Both the position numbers and the translations under genes were made by a program. Under the pieces are notes generated by a model. The model was not told where the DNA came from, ran no database searches, and saw nothing but the letters and a program-made list of their open reading frames with translations. Positions 10,726-17,587 of a stretch of 17,587 nt of DNA are shown piece by piece (the stretch's first letter is position 1; every line of letters begins with the position of its first letter). This DNA comes from Octopus sinensis (Eukaryota): assembly GCF_006345805.1 (NCBI RefSeq), contig NW_021824878.1:1-17587 (forward strand). The letters are read 5' to 3'.

Positions 10726-10930
10726 AAGGCAGCGATATGACAGAATCGTTAGCACGCCGAACAGAATGTTTAGCGACATTTCACCTGTCTTTACGTTCTG
10801 AGTTCAAATTCCGCCGAGGTCGACTTTGCTTTTCATCCTCTAGGAGTCGATGAAATAAGTACCAGTGAAACACTGGGGGTCGACGTAATCGGCTATCTGA
10901 CATTACTGGCCTTGTGTCAAAATTTGAAAT
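10725..10930 (+). mobile_element. tRNA-related SINE, family B, plus-strand copy
   Basis: B-box-like GAGTTCAAATTCC (10800-10812); colinear with the inverted copy at 6903-7121; ends CCTTGTGTCAAAATTTGAAA before a (TAC)n run. Confidence 0.9.
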
Positions 10931-11165
10931 TACTACTACTACTGCTGCTGCCGCTGGTACTATTAGTAGTGTGGCTACTACAAGTACTATTACTACTAAT
11001 GATGATGAGACGAGAAGAGGAGGAGGGGGATGATGATGATTATGATGATGATGTTGGTGGTGGCGGTGGCGGTGGTGGTGGCGGTGGTGGTGGCGGTGGT
11101 GGTGGTGGTGGTGGTGGTGGTGGTGGTGGCGGTGATGCGTCTACTGCTACTACAACTGCTATTGC
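10931..11165. repeat. Mixed trinucleotide repeats (ACT, GAT, GGT/GGC)
   Basis: Direct observation; source of the poly-G and poly-P ORFs. Confidence 0.95.
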
Positions 11166-11377
11166 AACAACTAAAGTTTCAATAAATATTTGTTTCGTTT
11201 TATGTTCGGTCGCGGTGTGGAGGTGTCGGGGTGTCGGGGTGAAATTATGGGGTGGGGGTGAGGGGGAAGGGGGAAGGGGTTGAAATGGTGTTTGTTGTGA
11301 AAATATCGTTGGTCTTCTTTGACGTTCAGCAGAGGATTGAACCAAGTCGTCAGCAAATAGTAAAACACACGAAGACA

Positions 11378-11424
11378 TATATATGTGTGTGTATGTGTGC
11401 GTGTGTGTAAGTATGTATATGTAT

Positions 11425-11480
<56 letters not shown>

Positions 11481-11822
11481 CATGTAGTCACTTTCGCAGT
11501 CCTATTCATATATACACTCACACACACACTAATATACACACATAAATTACGTATATACAGATATAAATATATAAATGTATATACTTACGCACATATACAT
11601 ACACACACACACATATACATACACACACACACACACATATACATATACATATATATATATGTATGTATGTGTGTGTGTGTTTGTATATGTATGTATGTCT
11701 GTATTTAGATATATATATATATATGTCTAAGCACACACATACATACGTACATACATACATACATACATACATACATACATACATACATACATACGTACAT
11801 ACATACATATATACACACACGT
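11378..11822. repeat. (TA)n/(CA)n/(TACA)n microsatellite array
   Basis: Direct observation. Confidence 0.96.
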
Positions 11823-11901
11823 ACAAATGTTACATGGATGTAATGTTGTTCTGATAATAGATTATCACATGTAATACTCGGGAGAGCTTCAGACAGAGGT
11901 T

Positions 11902-11980
11902 TTTGTGAAGTTCCGTCAACACGGCACGGTCTATTAAGGTGGGCGTGGGGGGAGGGAGGGTGGCCGGGGACGGTGACAGC
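11902..11980 (+). repeat. Left arm of an ~80-bp GC-rich inverted repeat pair
   Basis: TTTGTGAAGTTCCGTCAACACGGCACGGTCTATT..GGCGTGGGGGG..GCCGGGGACGGTGACAGC matches the reverse complement of 13318-13392; first 21 nt identical. Confidence 0.92.
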
Positions 11981-11987
11981 CCAGGAT

Positions 11988-12028
11988 ACGGCGGCGGCAG
12001 CAGCGGCGGCGGAGACGGCAATGTCAGT

Positions 12029-12071
<43 letters not shown>

Positions 12072-12195
12072 GCAATGACAAAGACAAACAATAAAGGACC
12101 TACAAAATGCAGTTGTTGGTAATGATAATAGTAATGGTGTGGTGGTGGTGGTGGTGGTGTGGTGGTGGTGGTGGTGGTGGTGGTGGTGGTGGTTA
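11988..12195. repeat. (GGC)n and (GGT)n trinucleotide runs
   Basis: Direct observation. Confidence 0.95.
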
Positions 12196-12617
12196 GATAC
12201 AACAGATTCTAACATCAGGGGTCAGCAAATGTTATATGGAAGCGTTTGATGTGGGTTTTTTTTTTTTAGTGAATGTGGTTTTTGTTTGTGGTTTTTGCTT
12301 TATTTCCTTTGGTTTCTTGTAAATAGTGATATTGTGGGTGGTGGTGGAGGATGGTGGAGTGATGGGGGGAAGCAAAGTCAATTGTAGAAAAAGTTTTTGT
12401 TAGCTGACTGCTTGGTTGGAGGGTGGTAAAAGGGTGGATGTAAGTTGATGTCGTTTCGGTTTTTTCTTTTTCAGTATTTTTATTTATATTTTTATGTTTT
12501 CTGGGGTTTTTTTTCAACAACAGTAATACTAATGATAACAGAATATAGATAAGAGAACCATCGATCAGATGAGAATATATTGAGGGTGGGGAAAGTTTTG
12601 GGGCGAAGTTTTAGTAT

Positions 12618-12749
12618 AGGAAGGAAGGAACGAACGAACGAACGACCGAACGAGCGGAAGAAAGAAAGAAAGAAAGAAGAAAGGAAAAAACAGAAGAAAA
12701 AAAGAAAGAATGAAAGGAGGAAGGAAAGAAAGAAAGTAAGAAAGAACGA

Positions 12750-12789
<40 letters not shown>

Positions 12790-12945
12790 AGAAAGAAAGA
12801 AAGAAAGAACGGAAGAAGCAGAAGAAAAACAAGAAAGAACGGAAGAAAGAAACAAACAAACAAAGGAAGAGAGGAAGGAAGGAAGAACAGAAGAAAATGA
12901 AAGAAAGAAGGAAATGGGAGAAGAAGGAAAGAAAGAAGAAAGAAA

Positions 12946-12998
<53 letters not shown>

Positions 12999-13317
12999 AA
13001 AGGAAGAAAGGGAAGGAAGAAAGAAAAAAAGAAACAAAGAAAGAAAAAAAGAAAGAAATGTACAGCGGAACAACGGAACGAAAGAGTGAAGAGCTATTGT
13101 AAGAAGGAAGAAACGATGGAGAGCTAGAGAGGAAGAATGAAAGGGAGAAAGAAGAGGACAGACGAGAGAATGTTAAGAAAGAAAGACTAAGAAAAGGGTT
13201 GGGTAAGAGGAGGAGGAAGAGTGTGAAAGAAAACGGAAAGAAAAAGGAATCGAAGGAGAGAGAAAGAAAAGAATGAAGGAAAGAATAAGAGAAAGAAGGA
13301 AAGACTAAGCGAAAGAA
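12618..13317. repeat. ~700-bp purine-rich tract, (GAAA)n/(GAA)n/(GGAA)n
   Basis: Plus strand is almost entirely A/G; source of the KERK and SFFL ORFs. Confidence 0.96.
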
Positions 13318-13392
13318 GCTGTCGCCGTCCCCGGCGACCCCCCCCCCCCCACGCCAACAATAGACGGTGCTGTGTTGACGGAACTTCACAAA
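13318..13392 (-). repeat. Right arm of the ~80-bp GC-rich inverted repeat pair
   Basis: Reverse complement TTTGTGAAGTTCCGTCAACACAGCACCGTCTATTGTTGGCGTGGGG..GTCGCCGGGGACGGCGACAGC matches 11902-11980. Confidence 0.92.
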
Positions 13393-13444
13393 GAATGAAT
13401 GAACGAAATAAAGAGGAAAAATGAAGGAGAGAGAAACGAACCGT

Positions 13445-13690
13445 ACCGCCACTAGAGAAACACTAAGGCTACTACCACCAGCACAACCATCACCACTAAT
13501 ACCACCACCAAAAGACCACCGCTAAGAAGACTACCACCTACACTACCATCAACGCTAACCTTACCATTTCTACCACTATTAATACTGCCAACATCACCAC
13601 CACCACCACAAACACTACTATCACCACTACCACCATTAACCCCTCCACTAACACTGTGATCACCACCACCACCTACAGCACCACCACACG
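13445..13690. repeat. Degenerate (ACC/ACT)n trinucleotide tract
   Basis: Direct observation of ACC, ACT and ATC triplet periodicity. Confidence 0.85.
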
Positions 13691-14049
13691 CCGAACTATA
13701 AAGAAATGTAAGAGATAAGGCGGACGATGTTAGGGTTTCTGGTGGAACTCACAGAGGCCCAGAGATCAACATATACAACAAAAGAATCCTATATTTGTCC
13801 AACTGTCATATTGCGCGTTCTTTTGGCCCGTGGGACAACTTCCATCTGAGTTTGATGCTTATTTTGTATTTTGTGGTTTATATTTTATCGCTAACCAAAA
13901 GAAACGATATATTTTCGACAGAACGCTTCGATACGCGAATCGTGAATTCTCATGCAATTAATACCTATACGTGTTTGTTATACATAAACTATATACACAC
14001 ACGAGAGTCCGGTAGATTTCTTTGAGATTATCATGTCTGTTATTTGATT

Positions 14050-14329
14050 CGACTACATACATATTTTTCATGGGTTTGGATATGTGTATGGACAGGTGTG
14101 TTTACATCCATATCTATATAAGTGTACATATACATACATATACATACATATATATATATATATACATATAATATATATATACATATATATATATATACAT
14201 ATATATATATAACATATATATAATCTATACATATATATATATATACATATATATTATATATATACATATATTATATATACATATATATATGTATACATAT
14301 ATATATTATATATACATATATATATATAG

Positions 14330-14367
<38 letters not shown>

Positions 14368-14753
14368 ATTTACACAAATGCATTACATATTTATTGATAT
14401 ATGCAACCGTATTCACATGTTTACACATAGTCATACGCACACTCACAAATATATGGAGACACATATACACGTACAACTCTTCAGCTTGTTTATATACGTA
14501 CACATGTATATATAGAAATAAATATATGCTTTTCCATGATATATATTTGCACACATGTGTATGTGTGCGTGTGTGTGTGCGTACATACACACATACATAA
14601 TACATGTTTACATATCTTTATGTGTGTATGTGTGTGTGTGTGTGTAATGAGAACCTCAGTTACTTGCATCTATTCATTTTATATAGAAAGGAAGCTAGAA
14701 AGACGGATATATATATACATAGAGAGAGAGAGAGGGAGAGAGGAGAGAGTGAG

Positions 14754-14804
<51 letters not shown>

Positions 14805-14843
14805 CAGATAGACAGCTAAAAAGACATCTAGATAGATTGACAG

Positions 14844-14878
<35 letters not shown>

Positions 14879-14905
14879 GACAGGCAGACAGACAGACAGA
14901 CAGAC
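14050..14905. repeat. Compound (TA)n/(TG)n/(GA)n/(GATA)n/(GACA)n microsatellite array
   Basis: Direct observation. Confidence 0.95.
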
Positions 14906-15806
14906 AGTGGTCAAGCTTAACAGTATTTTTATTCCCAATGTCCAAGGAAATCCTTTAGTGGATAGGAACGAGCTGCTTGTTCCTCCTCTTTATATCAAGC
15001 CTGGTTTAATGAAGAATTTCGTGGACAAAAATGGCGCTGCCTTCCAACACTTGTGAACTCTTTTACCAGCTCTGAGTTCTGCTAGGCTCAATGAGGGCAT
15101 CATCGTCGAACCTCAGATCGGAGAGGTGCTGAAGGATAAGAACGACTTTGAGCAGCTTCTTACCTTATAGGAACTGAGAGCATGGGAGGCATTTTAGTGA
15201 GTCTGCTATGGTTTCCTTGGCAACACTTTCGTACTAAATTACCAAGAGTGCATGGAGAAGTTGTTACAGCCTTATGAGGATGTGGGATGCCGAATGTCAC
15301 TCAAAATTCACCTTCTCCACTCCCACCACAACTTCTTCCCTCTAAAGCTTGGCGCAATGAGTGATGAGCATGGAGAAAGGTTCCACCAAGATATTACTGA
15401 GATGAAGAGAAACTATCAAGGCAAGGGGAACCCTAGATTGATAGGAGACTTTTGCTGAATGTTCTTGCGTGACATCCCGGAGGCAAAGTACACAAAGTTG
15501 TCCCCCAAAAAAAAATCTCTCCCAACTATCTTCTGTACTATGTTTTGTGTGTAATTTTGTTCCATCAAAGTTCTGTATTTATGCTGGTTTTTTTCTGTAA
15601 TATGCCTTCGTAACAGATGAAATAACATATTTTGAATTTATATGCAGTATAATTGAAATGGGAAATGTGAAAGCAAAAGCAAAAAACGAGAGGTGATAGA
15701 ACAAAACTGTTCAGAAAACTGAATTCATCGCATCAAAATTAGTAAAAAAAAACGCCTATTCACGTCCTTGCCTCAGAGCAAAAAAAAAATGTTTTGAAAA
15801 CCAGTG
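14903..15806 (+). mobile_element. 3' half of a decayed DNA transposon, probably Chapaev3-like (CMC group)
   Basis: One frame from 14949, interrupted by stops: NPLVD..PPLYIKPGLMKNFV..EGIIVEPQI..FLGN..GCRMSLKIHLLHSHHNFFPLKLGAMSDEHGERFHQDITEMKRNYQGK..DFC. The likely terminus ends in CAGTG (15802-15806). Transposase call is confident; the family assignment is from recalled motifs (about 0.6). Confidence 0.8.
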
Positions 15807-15903
15807 TTCTTTGTCCTAAATACTCGCAGCTTTTTACTTGCTCAAGCTTCTATCAGTCTACCTTTATGCTTACTGCTGCATGTTTTTACATTTGTTTTAT
15901 AAT

Positions 15904-16261
15904 CGTGTGGTAAGAAGCTTGCTTCCCGACCACATGGTTTCCGGTTCAGTCCCACTGCGTTGCGCTTTTGGGCAAGTGCCTTCCACAATAGCCCTGGGCC
16001 GACCAAAGCCTTGTGAGTAGATTTGGTAGACGGAAACTGAGCGAAGCCCGTCGAATATATATATATACATATATGTTTATGTGTGTGTGTTCGTGTCTCT
16101 ATTCGTCCCTCCATCGCTTGACAACCGATCTTCATGTGTTTATATCCCGTAACTTAGCGGTTCGGCAAAAAAGACCGATAGAATAAGTACTAGGCTTACA
16201 AAGTCCTGGAGTAGATTTGTTCGACTAAAAGCGGTACTCCAGCATGGCCGCAGTCAAATGA
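15904..16261 (+). mobile_element. tRNA-derived SINE, family C, with an internal TA/TG microsatellite
   Basis: tRNA-like head GTGTGGTAAGAAGCTTGCTTCCC..GGTTCAGTCCC (B-box-like, 15943-15953), body TTGGGCAAGTG.., internal (TA)(TG) run at ~16054-16090, and 3' part ending GGCCGCAGTCAAATGA before (TA)n. Confidence 0.82.
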
Positions 16262-16327
16262 TATATATATATATATCATATATATATATACATATATATA
16301 TATACATACATAAATATATATACAAAT

Positions 16328-16366
<39 letters not shown>

Positions 16367-16442
16367 CATACATCGTTAATTAAAATATCGATCTTATCAA
16401 GTGGCCAGCATGGGAACAAAAACTTTCAAGGGTAATAATCAT

Positions 16443-16586
16443 TATTAAAATTATAATTTAGGTTATCTAAGAGATACCACCACGCTGGAAATACCAGTCA
16501 AAACCTGACTCTAAAACCACCCATGTTTTGACTGCTATTTCCAGCGTGGTGGTATCTCTTAGATACCCTAAATTCCAATTTTAATA
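16443..16586. repeat. 144-bp hairpin, MITE-like: 62-bp arms (16443-16504, 16525-16586) and a 20-bp spacer
   Basis: TATTAAAATTATAATTTAGGTTATCTAAGAGATACCACCACGCTGGAAATACCAGTCAAAAC versus the reverse complement of the right arm: 58 of 62 identical. Begins and ends in TA. Confidence 0.93.
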
Positions 16587-16592
16587 TATATA

Positions 16593-16642
<50 letters not shown>

Positions 16643-16654
16643 CATATATATATA

Positions 16655-17569
16655 TTGGGTTGCAATCATAAATTATTTACGTTTTTTCGAACTTCGGTTG
16701 CTTAATATTCAAATGGAAACCACCGTTTTTAAAAGAATCTCATCCGACCTTCATATTTAAGCAGTGAAAGCGTGCACATCATAGTTTAATACCAAAATTC
16801 ACTCCCCTAAAATGGATAAACTGAAAGCGCATTTTCGACATGTGATGTTGTGGGAGATTAAGAATAGGAAAAATGCCAGAAAATTAACTAAGGAATGGCA
16901 CAGTGTCTCTGAAGAAGGTGGCATTATTGACCGGCAAGTGCGAAATTTGATTTTAAAGTTTCGTTTCTTAGATTATTTTATTGAGAGATCAAATCAGACC
17001 AAGAACTTCTTCAGACTTCGATCTAGATGCTTTAAGAGAATTAGCAGAATTCAATCCTTGTAAAAGTACTCGGGAAGTAGCAATTGACCTCAACACATCC
17101 CAATCCACCATCTGCCGCCACTTGGAAAACATAGGGAAAGAATGCAAGCTGGGTGTTCGGTTCCCCCCGTATACTTAGTAAGAAGAATAGGGAAGGTCGC
17201 ATGTCCATAGCGACAAGTCTTTTTTAAGGCAGAGAAATGACCCATTTCTTACTAATATCATTACAGGTAATGAAAAAGGGGATATTTTATGACAATGTTC
17301 ATCGCAAAAGGCAGTGGATTGACAAGGATAAATCTCGACAACCGACCACAAAAGCTGAGCTCCAGAGGAGGATGGTTATGTCGTGTGTATGGTGGAACCA
17401 CCGCGGTATTGTTCGTTTTGAGTTTTTAAACCGCAATCAAACACCAATTGCTGACTTATTAATACATATTAATACATATCAGTAATATATTGCTAACATA
17501 TTCATAACATTAATACGAATGAATAACATATTTTTTATGAAAGTGAAATCTCGCTTAATTCCAATCAAA
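16655..17569 (+). mobile_element. Internally deleted mariner element, mellifera-subfamily-like
   Basis: Left end TA|TTGGGTTGCAATC at the edge of a (TA)n run; possible degenerate right TIR ..GAAATCTCGCTTAATTCCAATCAAA|TA; transposase remnant between them. The right boundary is tentative. Confidence 0.85.
16812..17455 (+). pseudogene. Mariner transposase N-terminal two-thirds, frameshifted and truncated
   Basis: MDKLKAHFRHVMLWE..KNA..DRQVRN..KFR; PR.SSDFD.DALREL..STREVAIDLNTSQSTICRHL; GVRFPPYT (degenerate WVPHxL); ITGNEK (degenerate TGDEKW); VWWNHRGIVRFEFL. Homology stops near 17455, before the second and third catalytic Asp. Confidence 0.9.
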
Positions 17570-17587
17570 TATAATTAGGTTCTTCCT

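Noticed and set aside
10075-12215. Poly-N/D/H, poly-G, poly-P and poly-A/T ORFs resembling low-complexity structural proteins
   Set aside because: Pure trinucleotide runs open in several frames on both strands, with no unique coding context.
12492-13452. Long hydrophobic F/L/S ORFs (193 and 295 aa) that look like membrane proteins, and opposite-strand K/E/R ORFs
   Set aside because: Artefacts of the (GAAA)n/(TTTC)n tract.
13565-13695. Minus-strand 131-nt segment with acceptor (CTTACATTTCTTTATAG|), donor (|GTAAGG) and a Gly-rich frame SACGGAVGGGGDHSVSGG..
   Set aside because: Indistinguishable from a decayed (GGT)n microsatellite and no frame-compatible partner exon found; would need junction reads.
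1-17587. CRISPR arrays, rRNA, operon-like or defence-system organisation
   Set aside because: Eukaryotic repeat-rich DNA with no regularly spaced repeat-spacer arrays or prokaryotic gene structure.

Overview
AT-rich eukaryotic non-coding DNA (intron or intergenic) saturated with simple repeats. The microsatellite load and SINE types point to an octopus or other coleoid cephalopod genome (inference). No intact host protein-coding gene is evident, and most ORFs in the track are translations of microsatellites. The window contains four decayed autonomous-type elements: a full-length Tc1-superfamily element with 30-bp TIRs, TA target duplication and DD36E catalytic spacing (5396-6652); an internally deleted L1/Tx1-clade LINE running into an (ATT)n tract (~7280-9970); the 3' half of a Chapaev3-like DNA transposon (~14903-15806); and an internally deleted mellifera-like mariner (~16655-17569). 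It also holds five tRNA-derived SINE copies from three families. The most unusual sequence-level signal is three unrelated fold-back structures: a degenerate ~520-bp palindrome with a self-complementary microsatellite core (4345-4861), an ~80-bp GC-rich inverted pair around 1.3 kb of low-complexity DNA (11902-13392), and a 62-bp-arm hairpin (16443-16586). All alignments and counts were done by eye.
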